A DNA stretch of 64,000 nucleotides, taken from assembly GCA_021613535.1 (NCBI GenBank), contig CP075493.1:868001-932000 (forward strand), read 5' to 3'. How positions within the stretch are numbered: position 1 is the first letter of the stretch; every line of letters starts with the position of its first letter. The notes under the pieces are model-generated. The model made no database searches. It saw only the letters and a list, made by a program, of their open reading frames with translations, and was not told where the DNA came from. This stretch comes from Adineta vaga. Its lineage: Eukaryota; Animalia; Rotifera. Both the position numbers and the translations under genes were made by a program. Positions 1-12,833 of the stretch are shown one piece after another.

Positions 1-136
1 AAAATACCGACGAATAAGAAGATTAATAAGCTTTCTCTAATCATTTTTTTCAATTGAAGTGGAATGTCTACAACAGAATGAAGAAGAACCATTTTCCATC
101 GACACTTTTATTCATACGTCAATTCTTTTCATAATA

Positions 137-1075
137 ATGGTAGTGATCCCTGACACGATCAGACTTTGGTTATCTCTTATTATTTACATTCCTTCAACAC
201 TTTGTACATTGTTTCTACTTTATCATCTTTTATTTGATCGAACATTACGACAAGCTCTTCACAATCATGTCATTATTCTTCTTCTTTTTGTTTGTCTCAT
301 TGCACAAATGACAACATATCCATGGATTCTTTATTTTTATCAACATCGTGACACATGGGATCGACCGATGCTCTTCTGTACTATTTGGGGATTTCTCGAT
401 TGGGGTCTTTATGTTGTACATACAATGTTATTTGCATGGGCAACATTCGAAAGACATATTCTCATCTTTCATGATCGATGGGTAGCAACAAGAAAACGAC
501 GTTTTTTCGTTCATTATTTCCCAATGATATTTCTTGTTGTTTATTTATTCATCTTTTATTTTGTTATTTACTTTTTTCCACCATGTGAAAATTATTCCGA
601 TTCTATATCTCCTGTTTGTATGTGGCCATGTTTCTATGATAATTATACACTTTCAATGTATGATTATATTGTGGAACAAATCGTACCAACATTTACAATT
701 GTTGTATGTAGTATTGGTTTACTTGGACGTGTTCTTTGGCAACGAGTTCGAATGCGTCGAACAGTTCAATGGCGAAAACATCGAAAGATGGCGATGCAAG
801 TTTTATCAATTTCATTTGTTTATCTTTTATTATTATTGCCGTATGCGATTGTTTATATCGTTCGTATTTGTGGTTTTTCCAGTGATTTAATTGGTGATTT
901 TTCAACATGTACGGTTTTCATTAGTTATTTCATCCTACTTTTGTTTCCTTTTGTTTGTGCATTATCATTACCAGAATTACAAAGCAAAATGAGAAGTCTT
1001 TTTGATTTACGACAACGGCGAAGACAAATTCATCCTGGAACATTATCCGTTAGAACTCATGGAACGGGAAACTAG
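137..1075 (+). CDS. Orphan rhodopsin-like (class A) GPCR, tandem copy 1
   Basis: Intronless ORF with seven hydrophobic segments, ERH in place of DRY after TM3, Cys in TM3 and ECL2, and P in TM7. The ATG at 137 aligns with the starts of the paralogs; the ORF-track start at 59 is a GTG. Confidence 0.88.
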   Translation: MVVIPDTIRLWLSLIIYIPSTLCTLFLLYHLLFDRTLRQALHNHVIILLLFVCLIAQMTTYPWILYFYQHRDTWDRPMLFCTIWGFLDWGLYVVHTMLFAWATFERHILIFHDRWVATRKRRFFVHYFPMIFLVVYLFIFYFVIYFFPPCENYSDSISPVCMWPCFYDNYTLSMYDYIVEQIVPTFTIVVCSIGLLGRVLWQRVRMRRTVQWRKHRKMAMQVLSISFVYLLLLLPYAIVYIVRICGFSSDLIGDFSTCTVFISYFILLLFPFVCALSLPELQSKMRSLFDLRQRRRQIHPGTLSVRTHGTGN

Positions 1076-2869
1076 TGGTGTAAACAGATGGTTATTATAG
1101 TTTAGACTTAGCCTCATTAGCCAAGCATGTGACGTCAGTAAAGTGGTGGCACGGAACTCATTACTGTGAACGTGTTACTACGCCCTTAGTAGAGATGGCT
1201 AGTCATATAATTAGTTTCTACTATAATTTGGTGTTTTTTTGTTGTATTATCATCGTGTAGTGGAATTTTGTTTTCAAAATAATATAAAAATGCTTTTGAT
1301 GGAAAAAATGTCACAAAGATATGTCTATGAAGAGAGAAAAACCTCGATAACTAAAACATTCTACATGATCATATAGAGCGGAAAGTTGTGTGTTTTATTA
1401 AGTGAAATCTATTTTAACAATTCTTTTGAGTGTTTTCTTGCCATATGAATGTATCTTTATTATCTAATGGTTCACTCTCCTTAGAGATAAATCAATCCTT
1501 GATGTATATATTCTAAATATAGACTCGTACTGGAAGGACAAAATTGATCATACTAAATATTTTAACTCAATATATTTTGTTATCGTTGCAATAAAGTATA
1601 TAAGAAAGCATTTAGAATGGAAATTTTCAATATTTTTATTATTTCATCGATACTTCTTGAAGACAAACAACTATTATACCATTTAGTTTTACCTTTCTAC
1701 ATCCAATTGCATTATAAAAACCGTCAGAATTACAAAAATCTATAGTGCTGCTAATTTTGACATGTTCCATTATAACGATAAAATAAAATATTTATAAAAA
1801 TTTAATTCAAATAATGTTCCATTGTATCATATAATTATCAGTTCATTCAGTGAAAATGAAAGTAAATATATAAAAATATCTTGAAAAAACATTAATAAAC
1901 CAATTATATTGTAGACGAGAACTGTCTTTTTAATATTGACATCTATTTTTAATCTAAATTGGTATATACAAATCAAAAATGACATTTGATAAACAACAAT
2001 GATTTCAATTATCATTAATATATCTAATTTATTAATGAAAAGATGAATGAAAATATATTTCATCGATCTTTTTTATGAAATCAAATAATATGACAATGTA
2101 TTTTCATATTTCCACATAATACTAATCATTTTGTGAGAGAAGATTTGTATAGAATTCTGAAATTTTATTATACAGTTATCTTTTTTGTAACCCTTCTATT
2201 AGTTGCTGTTGTATCATGTAATAAATAGTACATTTTGATGACTGAGTATAGCAGGAACATTTTTTTATTCATCTGGTTTTATTCTTTATTTTTCAAAGGA
2301 TTCTGTGAAATTTTAACAAGACTTTGGTTTTGAATTCTACTATAATTATCTGTCGTCGCATTGTCAATAATCATTATGAATCTCGTTGCTATTAATAATA
2401 CAAAAGTATAGAATCAAACATTGAGTTACCGCTCTTTAGCGTTTCATTTTACTTTTTTAATAGTCAATTCCGTTCGTATAAAATATACATTGATAACAAT
2501 TTTTTGTACCAAGAAAAAATAAACTACAAAATTCTGCATTGTCTAGAAGATTGTTTTCTTTTTCTACGTTAATATGCGATGTGACGAGTACAGAAGAAAA
2601 GAAAATAATGTGGAGCAAAAACAAACTTGTCTTCATATGTATATGATATGATCAAATTGTATATATGAAGAAAAACGAAAGTCATGAAGTAACAAAACGT
2701 GTTTGTTGTGCATATGTACTCTTGATTGTGCTTTCATGATATTCAGTTTGCAAAATGTTTCAATTGATAGACGAAGTAATAGGAAATAGTGACAAATGAT
2801 CTCAGAAGAATAGACCATAAACTCTTTTATTCAATATTCTTTCTTTATCGAGATCATTGTTATTGCTAG

Positions 2870-4604
2870 TTTATTTTAATTCAAAGTTTTTTTTTCTCAA
2901 ATACAACGATAATTTAGAAAGAACAAAGAATAAATAGTGCCTTCTCGTAATATGAGTATTTATCATGCGTACAAGAAGATATGAGCGTGGAGATTCTTTC
3001 ATCTTTTTTGACGCAATAACATCCCACTTAATGTATTCATAAACAGAGAAAAGATGTGTTTTTAGTACTACAAAACGAATGAAATGAACATCACATTATC
3101 AGCACAGTTGAAAAAAGGATTAAATCAATCAAAAATGAACAATTTGTCAAGATATCGTACACTGAATAATCCTCTCTTTCTACAAAATACTCCTACTGAT
3201 ACAACCAATATTGTAAAATATCGATCGTCTCAGCATCGAAATTGAACCTCTGATAACTTATAGTGGATTCAGTCATGTTATTTTTAAGAAAGCAACAAAA
3301 GAAGATCGAGAAGAGTAAAATAGTCGTCAATATTTTGAATGATTTCTTTATTGTATATTTAGTTTTATGTTTTCAATCACTTATTTGTTCTGTTTAATAT
3401 ATGATCAGTTCGACGTTCATTCTATAGTAATTGTGTGCTCAAAATACACCTCATTCTTCTGAAATGCCGACGAATAACAAATTAATGAGTCTCCCTCCTC
3501 ATTTTTTAATTGAAGTAGAATGTCTAGAACAGAATAAAGAGGAATCATTTTCCATCGACACGTTCACTTTCCTCTTACATCAATTCTTCTCATAATGATA
3601 GAGATAACTCAGCCGGTAAGATTTGGATTAATTCTTATTGCCTATATTCCTTCAGTACTTTGCACATTATTTCTACTTTATCATCTTTTATTTGATCGAA
3701 CATTACGACAAGCTCTTCACAATCATGTCATTATTCTTCTTCTTTTTGTTTGTTTCATTGCTCAAATGACAACATATCCATGGATTCTTTATTTTTATCA
3801 ACATCGTGACACATGGGATCGACCGATGCTCTTCTGTACTATTTGGGGATTTCTCGATTGGGGTCTTTATGTTGTACATACAATGTTATTTGCATGGGCA
3901 ACATTCGAAAGACATATTCTCATCTTTCATGATCGATGGGTAGCAACAAGAAAACGACGTTTTTTCGTTCATTATTTCCCAATGATATTTCTTGTTGTTT
4001 ATTTATTCATCTTTTATTTTGTTATTTACTTTTTTCCACCATGTGAAAATTATTCCGATTCTATATCTCCTGTTTGTATGTGGCCATGTTTCTATGATAG
4101 TTATACACTTTCAATGTATGATTATATCGTTCATCAAGTTTTGCCAACATTTACAATTGTTGTATGTAGTATTGGTTTACTTGGACGTGTTCTTTGGCAA
4201 CGAGTTCGAATGCGTCGAACAGTTCAATGGCGAAAGCATCGAAAGATGGCAATACAAGTTTTATCAATTTCATTTGTTTATCTTTTATTATTATTGCCGT
4301 ATGCGATTGTTTATATTGTTCGTATTTGTGGTTTTTCAAGTGATTTGATTGGTGATTTTTCAACATGTACGGTTTTCATTAGTTATTTCATCCTACTTTT
4401 GTTTCCTTTTGTCTGTGCATTATCATTACCAGAATTACAAAGTAAAATGAGAAGTTTTTTTGATTTACGACAACGGCGAAGACAAATTCATCCAGGAACA
4501 ATACCTGTTAGAACTCATGCAACTGGAAACGCTCGCGCATAGTTAGATGTTCTAATGAAACATAATAATTTTAGTTCTCATGTCTTTTTTGAAAAAATGT
4601 TTTA
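2870..4604 (+). repeat. Segmental duplication unit (upstream region + GPCR + 3' flank), paired with ~7482-9210
   Basis: ~2975-3594 is nearly identical to ~7581-8200. The 3' flank TAGTTAGATGTTCTAATGAAACATAATAATTTTAGTTCTCATGTC occurs after both stops. Bases 1-136 are a more diverged third copy of 3461-3594. Confidence 0.9.
3595..4542 (+). CDS. Orphan rhodopsin-like GPCR, tandem copy 2 (mosaic of copies 1 and 3)
   Basis: 315-aa 7TM ORF, near-identical over long stretches to 137-1075 and 8201-9148. Confidence 0.9.
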   Translation: MIEITQPVRFGLILIAYIPSVLCTLFLLYHLLFDRTLRQALHNHVIILLLFVCFIAQMTTYPWILYFYQHRDTWDRPMLFCTIWGFLDWGLYVVHTMLFAWATFERHILIFHDRWVATRKRRFFVHYFPMIFLVVYLFIFYFVIYFFPPCENYSDSISPVCMWPCFYDSYTLSMYDYIVHQVLPTFTIVVCSIGLLGRVLWQRVRMRRTVQWRKHRKMAIQVLSISFVYLLLLLPYAIVYIVRICGFSSDLIGDFSTCTVFISYFILLLFPFVCALSLPELQSKMRSFFDLRQRRRQIHPGTIPVRTHATGNARA

Positions 4605-5678
4605 TTGAGGGTGTGAGTCTGAAGTAAAAAAGAAAGATTCACATTCTCAGTCTCACTCAAAATATATTAGACGCTTACACTATCTATTTACATTTGGTTT
4701 TGTTTTCTCGTCCATTCAGTATTGATTGTCAAAAAAAATATCTTTGTCTTATTTATGGATTCAACTCGAAATGTTTTTTTTGTAGCGGGCAACTGTCCGT
4801 TTCCCATTTTTCCTAGATTTGATTATTTGTAATTAGAATTCTATTCAAAGAATATTTAACCATAGAATTAAATAGACTCTATTTTACAAGTTTTTTGCCA
4901 TGTTAGTTGCTTTCTAATGAGAATTCATAGAACTTGATAGAAGTCGTACCGACTTCTATTATGTGAACGAAGAATAGTTTGAACTTGTCCTTGAAATTAT
5001 TGACTCATTTTAAAACTATAGTAGGTCAAGAATGAATTGATTAGAGAGAAAGAATGTTTTACAAAAAAATGGGTATTCTTTAGAAAACTGGTTAGCGATA
5101 AATTAAACTTAGAAAATTTCATTGTATAATATTTATCTAAGCCGGTGGAAAAAAACCCTTTACGTATTTACCTTTCGTATTATCTGTCGATTCAAGTGCT
5201 TCTAAATATAAAGGTTTCTTTATCAAAGTTGGAAAAAAGAACATGTTTCATTTTATTTATTTCTTTCACACGATGATATGAGATCGGTGTGTTAAAGAGA
5301 AAACTTTATACTTATCTCGACCATTTAATGATTTTAAAGTAGGATTTATACGTAGATAATAAATAATTATTTTCTCTATTTTTCGTATATAAACATTTTA
5401 AACATGGTGCATATCTTTGAGAGTGACTATGAGAATATTCTGTATGAAAATTTAGGAAATACTCGATCTTGACCATCGATATATCATCACATAAATCTAC
5501 TTTCTTGTCGAACTGTAATAGAGTACTTTTAAATTCGAAATGATATATCCCTAGTTTGTTTTCGACTTGACTTTCCAAGTGAAAGTTCTTGGTCTCATAT
5601 AGTTTATATCCATTAGTTATAGATACAAACATGAGAAACATAATACTATTAACTGGATTGAATTTTTTTTTAGATATT

Positions 5679-6953
5679 ATGAGTACCATGGATGACTCAA
5701 CCAGTAATTCATCTATCGCTCAGAGTTTTGAGCAACCGTCACAAGAAGAAATAGATGAATGTAAAAGAATATTATCAACTGACGGTGTAAAAGGGTATGA
5801 ATCGTTTCTACGTAACAAAACAGAGCAATGGAAAGTCATTCCTCTAAATATTGGGGTTATTGGCAGTAGCGGTGCAGGCAAATCAAGTTTCATCAATGCT
5901 ATTCGAGATTTAGACGGAGATGATGAAGATGCTGCGAATGTTGGAGTCACCGAAACCACAATGGAACCAACATCATACTCTCATCCGAATAATGAAATGA
6001 TGAAGTTTTGGGATTTGCCAGGAGTTGGAACTAAATTATTTCCAAAAGAATCATATTTGGAAAAGATTGGCTTCGAAAAATTTGATTTCTTTCTTATATT
6101 GACTCATACACGATTCACTGAATTAGATACTTGGTTATCACAACAAATAAAAAGCAAAGGAAAACAGTTCTTTTTTCTGCGAACAAAAATCCAATGTGAT
6201 ATTGATAATGATCGAAAAGCTCATCCGAAAAAGTACAGAAATGACGCAAAAGCTGTCATAGAAGAAGTATTACGTCAAATACGCGCTAATTTGGAAGAAA
6301 ATCTAAATGATCTTTATGAAGCAGAAAAAGTCTTTCTCATTGATAGTTACGAACAAAATAAATATGATTTTATTTTGTTGGCACAACGCCTCGTCGAAGA
6401 TTTTCCTGATCTTAAACGTCAAGCATTTATCTTTTCGATGAACGCGTTTAGTGTACAAATGGTGCAGACAAAAGCAAGAGAACTCCGTTCAACAATGTGG
6501 AAATACGCCAGTCTATCAGCTGTGATAGCAACTATTCCTACTCTTGGTCTCTCTATTGCGGCAGATTTGGTAATTATTGCTACTGCAGGCAAAACTTTCT
6601 TTAATGGACTTGGACTCGACGATGCATCTTTACAGAAATTGTCCAATATTACACGTGCAAACCTACCGAAGTTAAAAGGTATTGTTGAACAAAATATCGA
6701 TGTAAAAAAGCTTCTTACATCACAAGGAATCAAAGAACTTTGCGTTTCCTTACCGGCAGTAATAGCTTCAGAAGCAGCAGAAGAAGGCTTACGTTTTATT
6801 CCTTTGCTCGGTTCTCTCATAGCAGCACCAATCTCATTTGGAACTACTTACTATATTCTCAATCATATCTTCACTAAAATAGAAGAAGTTGCCTTGCTTG
6901 TTGTGAAAACTGCCACCGAAAACATTTCAGTGGATATTGTAGATGATGAATAA
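5679..6953 (+). CDS. Immunity-related (IRG/IIGP-type, GKS class) GTPase
   Basis: G1 GSSGAGKS, G2 GVTETT, G3 WDLPG, G4 region FLRTKIQCD, and an IRG-like helical C-terminus with IPLLGSLIAAPISF. Probable ATG at 5679, just after an acceptor-like TTTTTTTTTAG at 5673. Confidence 0.88.
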   Translation: MSTMDDSTSNSSIAQSFEQPSQEEIDECKRILSTDGVKGYESFLRNKTEQWKVIPLNIGVIGSSGAGKSSFINAIRDLDGDDEDAANVGVTETTMEPTSYSHPNNEMMKFWDLPGVGTKLFPKESYLEKIGFEKFDFFLILTHTRFTELDTWLSQQIKSKGKQFFFLRTKIQCDIDNDRKAHPKKYRNDAKAVIEEVLRQIRANLEENLNDLYEAEKVFLIDSYEQNKYDFILLAQRLVEDFPDLKRQAFIFSMNAFSVQMVQTKARELRSTMWKYASLSAVIATIPTLGLSIAADLVIIATAGKTFFNGLGLDDASLQKLSNITRANLPKLKGIVEQNIDVKKLLTSQGIKELCVSLPAVIASEAAEEGLRFIPLLGSLIAAPISFGTTYYILNHIFTKIEEVALLVVKTATENISVDIVDDE

Positions 6954-7481
6954 CCAAATAACGAAAGGTGCATCTACGGAAAAATTATGACATTGAAGTT
7001 TTGAATAAATAAATTAAATTATAATCTTAGTTTTCGATAACTCTTGTACATATAAGCAAAGATTATTGTTGTGATCAAAAAATTTTCATCTGACATTCGA
7101 TCGTTTCTTAAGAAAATTCAAAAAAATATATTATTTATGATATGATTGATAGACAATGTTTTGTGAATCTATGCTGGACAAGTTAAGCACACTCTTATCA
7201 ATGACAATATACAAGAGAAACAGAGAATGCGATCGCAATGGATCCACATATTGAATTCTTTCAGTGTTCAATATTTATTTCTCATTTTTCATTATTGAAA
7301 TAAAATCAAACCGTAAAACAATATCCAAATTTTTATTCTTCTTATCAATTATTTGAGAATCTTTGAAAGCATAATCGAATACATTGTGAAAATATCTAAT
7401 CATATTCTTTTAGGTCTATGGAACTATGTATAGATTGATTCTTTTCTCTGATATTATCTATTTAACAAGATAATTAATAGT

Positions 7482-9210
7482 CTAGTTGTAATTCAAAGTT
7501 TTTTTTCTCTTCTAAAATAGAACAATAATTAAGAAAGATCAAAGAGTCTTCGTCGCTTTCTTGTAATATCATGCGCATATGAAGATATGAGCGTGGAGAT
7601 TCTTTCATCTTTTTTGACGCAATAACATCCCACTTAATGTATTCATAAACTGAGAAAAGATGTGTTTTTAGTACTACAAAACGAATGAAATGAACATCAC
7701 ATTATCAGCACAGTTAAAAAAAGGATTAAATCAATCAAAAATGAACAATTTGTCAAGATATCGTACACTGAATAATCCTCTCTTTCTACAAAATACTCCT
7801 ACTGATACAACCAATATTGTAAAATATCGATCGTCTCAGCATCGAAATTGAACCTCTGATAACTTATAGTGGATTCAGTCATGTTATTTTTAAGAAAGCA
7901 ACAAAAGAAGATCGAGAAGAGTAAAATAGTCGTCAATATCTTGAATGATTTCTTTATTGTATATTTAGTTTTATGTTTTCAATCACTTATTTGTTCTGTT
8001 TAATATATGATCAGTTCGACGTTCATTCTATAGTAATTGTGTGCTCAAAATACACCTCATTCTTCTGAAATGCCGACGAATAACAAATTAATGAGTCTCT
8101 CTTGTCACTTTTGAGTTCAAGCAGAATTTCTGGAACAGAATAAAGAAGAATCATTTTCCATCGACACGTTCACTTTCCTCTTACATCAATTCTTTTCATA
8201 ATGATAGAGATAACTCAGCCGGTAAGATTTGGATTAATTCTTATTGCCTATATTCCTTCAGTACTTTGCACATTGTTTCTACTTTATCATCTTTTATTTG
8301 ATCGAACATTACGACAAGCTCTTCACAATCATGTCATTATTCTTCTTCTTTTTGTTTGTTTCATTGCTCAACTGACATTTTATCCATGGATGCTTTATTT
8401 GTATCAACATCGTGACACATGGGATCGACCGATGCTCTTTTGTACTATTTGGGGATTTCTCGATTGGGGTCTTTATGTTATACATTCAATATTATTTGCA
8501 TGGGCAACATTCGAAAGACATATTCTCATCTTTCATGATCGATGGGTAGCAACAAGAAAACGACGTTTTTTCGTTCATTATTTCCCAATGATATTTCTTG
8601 TTGTTTATTTATTCATCTTTTATTTTGTTACTTATTTTTTCCCAACATGTGAAAATGCTTTTTATCCATTGTCTTCAGTTTGTATGTGGCCATGTTTCTA
8701 TGATAATTATACATTTTCAATGTATGATTATATCGTTCATCAAGTTTTGCCAACATTTACAATTGTTGTATGTAGTATTGGTTTACTTGGACGTGTTCTT
8801 TGGCAACGAGTTCGAATGCGTCGAACAGTTCAATGGCGAAAGCATCGAAAGATGTCAATACAAGTTTTATCAATTTCATTGATTTATCTTTTATTATTTT
8901 TACCATATGCGATTGTTTATATTGTTAGTATTTGTGGTGTATCGAGTTATTTGATTGATGATTTTCTTGTCTTAACAATTTTTATTTCTTTTTTTATCCT
9001 ACTTTTGTTTCCTTTTGTCTGTGTTTTATCACTGCCAGAATTACGAACGAAAATGAAAAGACCTTTTGATTTACGACAACGGCAAAGACAAATTTATCCA
9101 GGAACAATACCTGTTAGAACTCAAGCAACTGGAAATGCTCATGCATAGTTAGATGTTCTAATGAAACATAATAATTTTAGTTCTCATGTCATTTTTAAAA
9201 AAATGTTCTA
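7482..9210 (+). repeat. Segmental duplication unit, second copy
   Basis: Direct repeat of ~2870-4604, including ~620 bp of nearly identical upstream non-coding DNA. Confidence 0.9.
8201..9148 (+). CDS. Orphan rhodopsin-like GPCR, tandem copy 3
   Basis: 315-aa 7TM ORF. Differs from copy 2 mainly in ECL1, ECL2 and TM6-ECL3-TM7. Confidence 0.9.
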   Translation: MIEITQPVRFGLILIAYIPSVLCTLFLLYHLLFDRTLRQALHNHVIILLLFVCFIAQLTFYPWMLYLYQHRDTWDRPMLFCTIWGFLDWGLYVIHSILFAWATFERHILIFHDRWVATRKRRFFVHYFPMIFLVVYLFIFYFVTYFFPTCENAFYPLSSVCMWPCFYDNYTFSMYDYIVHQVLPTFTIVVCSIGLLGRVLWQRVRMRRTVQWRKHRKMSIQVLSISLIYLLLFLPYAIVYIVSICGVSSYLIDDFLVLTIFISFFILLLFPFVCVLSLPELRTKMKRPFDLRQRQRQIYPGTIPVRTQATGNAHA

Positions 9211-9611
9211 TTTTTTACAATAAAACAATGATGCGAATGATGTTGTAGAACTAAAATCTCAACATTTAGAGCTTTCATGCGATCCAGACAATGTAAAAAT
9301 AGCCATATGGTTGCTTCGAATGGGAGCTATGATAAGAGTTTCTTTTGAATATTTTCCATCTTCTCTTTACATTTCAATATACGTGTGTCATCAATTTGTT
9401 CTGTTAATTGGAGATAAATTAATTCTTGGTTTTATATTCTAAACATGACTTATAATCTTCTATCTTAAAATAAATATCAGATAGATGAACATATATTGAA
9501 GCAATTTGTAAATGATTAGAAGCATCATATTTTTGTAGAAAATCAAGACATACGTTCATAATATTTATTGCATCTAAGAAAGCATTGGTTCCTAAATAAA
9601 GTTGAAGAATT

Positions 9612-11893
9612 TCATTTCCAATCGAAGTATACGTTCTTTTTTAAGAAAGATTGATTTGAGGGCATCGAAGTATATGCAATTTCTAAACACTTTTCATAGT
9701 TTTCTAGTACTGTTGAATACTCAGACACGTAGTCATAGAGACGAGCAATGTTCCGATAAGGACTTACTAAAGTTGCTTTATTTAAGTCCATCATTTGAAC
9801 CGAAAATAATTCATCAAGTTCTTCAAACTTTAGTCTTTTTCTAAGTGTTTCAGCCAGATGAACCAACAGCATACAAGTACGAATTTGTTCTGGAAGAGAC
9901 GAAAGCATATTTGAAAGTTCAATAAAAGCAATATTTTCTTGGAATACGAAAAACTCTGAGTAATCATGTTCAAACTCACTATCGATTAATAAATTATATT
10001 TATGAGAAAATAAGAGAATATCGTAAAGACTTGGATATAATGATAGACACATATCAGTTACAAACTTGCAACAAATCAGTTTCTTTTCTTTGTCATTGGT
10101 AAGTTGAGCAAATTCATCACATCGTCTACATATGTCGGTACGATCAGGTATAAAAGCTCCTTCTACCAAATAGTTTACCCAGCTAAATAGATTCTTTCGA
10201 ATTTCAAAAGTATTTGCTGTTCTCGGATTGACTCCAACGGCAAGTACCTCGCGTGGTTATTTCGCATTTGATATTTTGTAATTATAAGTAGAATTGGAAT
10301 GAAGAATTGCTAGAAAATACTTCACCAAAATATTCCCCATTGGAATGATCATCTATATTACAACAAGCTTTGAATAGTTTATAGGAAATCTCTACAAGCA
10401 TCACCTCCTCGTCTGCCGAACCCAAAATAATCTTGTAATTTATAATAGCCAGTTCATAATCTTTTTGTGAATTAAACTTTTGTTCAGCACGTTTCATGCA
10501 AGTATCACCGATCGTTTCAAAAATATTTTTCAACCAGAAATCAGTCAAACTTACGTTTAATAGCATTGAATTCTCCGTCTTCTGTAAATATTCAAGAGCT
10601 GTTTGATATTCTCCTTTTCGCATATATTATCTTCCAAGTTTATAATCTGCCCACGAAACTGACAAGTCGTCGAATTGATTACCAGCTGACAGGACATAAA
10701 AATAAATGACAGATTCATAATCATCTAATTCAAGTAAACAATCTCCAATTATATCAACAGCGAGGATTAAACCCAAGCATCAAATTCCAACTACTGATTT
10801 CATCATTCATAAAGTTTCCGTTTATTCCTCCCGGATAGAATTTGCATTTGACATATCAAATTGTATCGATTAATTTTACAGAAAATATTTCAAATACCGA
10901 TCCGATTGCAAATAAAATTTCTTCTTCTCTACGAAAATAAGTATAGTTCGTAATATCTGCAAACGGCTTTGCATTTATTCCTGTATAATTCATCATCCGT
11001 AAATTTGTTTCAATATAGGGATGAAATTCCCAAAATATTTCGATACAGAAAACAACAGCCACACTTTTATCTTTTGTTGCTGTGTGCAAATGAAAGGAAA
11101 GACACTATACCGCCAACACTATCTTTTAGTTTTTGTAGTTCGTCCGTACGAAGCATTTGGCCCCGATAGACTTCTCGAATGGGTTGTGAATGAACTGTTT
11201 CGGTATTATAAACATGAGCCAATTGATTGTAAAGTGCTTTTAAGAAAAAACGAAATTTATAAATAAATAGAAAGTTTAGTGTTCAAAGTGTCTTATTAAA
11301 TAGTCGATAAATAAAAGAGTCTCATTGTATACCATCGAATTGCATCATTTGGAGTGAAAGTCTTTTCAAACTCACTTATTTTTGCATATTCAGTTTCATC
11401 ATCAGCATAATATTTTCGACATTCTTCCAACATTTCTGTCTTTTCAATGGATGTTTCTTGTCTTCTAATCTTGAATGTTCGAAGCACTGAAAATATTCAT
11501 CGCTGTTTCGAATGATTCAAGATCTTTCAATAGCTTCGAAAATAAAGCATCTTTATTACAGAAAATATCGCACACCTTCACATAGTTTCGAGCGCAAATG
11601 TTATGAATATTAACATTTTCACAGAATATATATATGCAAATGATTTGAGAGATGTCACAAATGAGTGGAACAAAATATTCTTCAATTAAGCCGGATGTGA
11701 TGAGTATAACTGGATGATCTTTCATCGATACAATGTAATCAATACATTCATCTGAATCGGAGAAGTTTTGGAAAGATTTAATAAGTCCATGAAGCTTAGC
11801 TTGGGTATCGAGACAATCTTCATCGTTGCTAATGTTATTGTCCAACCAAATAACTTCGATATTGTTAATGTTTGATTGATATAGCTGTGTCAT
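9612..11893 (-). pseudogene. Disrupted ADP-ribosyltransferase (R-S-E type) + TPR-like gene
   Basis: Pieces in different frames rebuild IWLDNN..DECIDYI, EMLEECRKYY..AIRWYT(R)DSFIYRLFNK, VYRGQ, REEEILF..GSVF and TPR-like helices (EYQTALEYLQK). Lesions seen: an extra base at 11324, an in-frame TGA at 11283-11285, and another shift near 11090. Confidence 0.75.
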
Positions 11894-12833
11894 AGAAATG
11901 GAACGAACTGTTGTATTCGTTCTAATTGGTAAGTGTGTGTTAGGAAAAGGTGCGCTATCGGGATTCAGAATAGGATCTTCTGAAGACTCATCGATAACAT
12001 TATCACAGCGTTAGCACCATTTAAAATTCATTGTGAAAAAAAAATTATTGTCTATTTTTATTTCTTGAATATTTCTGATATTCATATTATAATACAGTAC
12101 ATTCTAAAAAATTCCCTTTTTAAAGTACTTCGCAAGTGTAAAGATAGATTCAAAGAAGAATTTCCAAATTATAAAATATTACTTCAATAATTCTCGACGC
12201 TCAGTTATTAAACTCATGGTTTTGACATTGAATGATTTTACTTCTTATTGTTAGTAGACAACAAATTACTGTGAATATATAATGAAATTTAGGGAAAATA
12301 TGATTGTTTAATTAAATTTCTAATCATTTTCATTGTGATACCTCTGTCAGCATAAGCGATTGATAACCATTGTCAAAACAAATAATTACTGATGAAATAT
12401 TGAACCAATATTATTTCATCGTATTTATAAATCAAAAAGTATATTTAATTCTGAGCGTTGTGAAGCAATATTGTTTTTGTATAATGGTTTAGAGGTGAAA
12501 CGTGAATGTAATTTGTATATTTTGTTTTAAAAGCTTTATCTTTTTATGATACTACATTTTAGAGTGCTTCAGAGAATAAAACAACAAAAGAAACTGTTGG
12601 TCTTTCTGTTACACTAAAGTAATATGCTCTCATTTATTTTTGTGATGAATCATTCTGTCCAAATTCATATATAAATAAAGAACATAAATGCTATAGTTTT
12701 ACTCAATCACACCCAACGTTAAAATTATTTTAATACGATAGATAAATAATAGTACTATTTTTTAAAATGCCAACGTGTAGAATTTCTTCACTTTATTTCT
12801 AATAATGGATTTTAAAAATTATCAAAGTTTATA

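Noticed and set aside
534-908. Alternative-frame and antisense ORFs inside the GPCRs (also 3992-4366, 8598-8882, 19199-19463, 27657-27884)
   Set aside because: Shadows of the GPCR frame. They recur only because the GPCR is duplicated.
1130-1137. Perfect CRE motif TGACGTCA
   Set aside because: A single 8-mer downstream of a gene, expected by chance in 64 kb.
1440-2420. Possible decayed gene on the minus strand (ORF 1827-2063)
   Set aside because: Stops in all frames and no motif I could assign.
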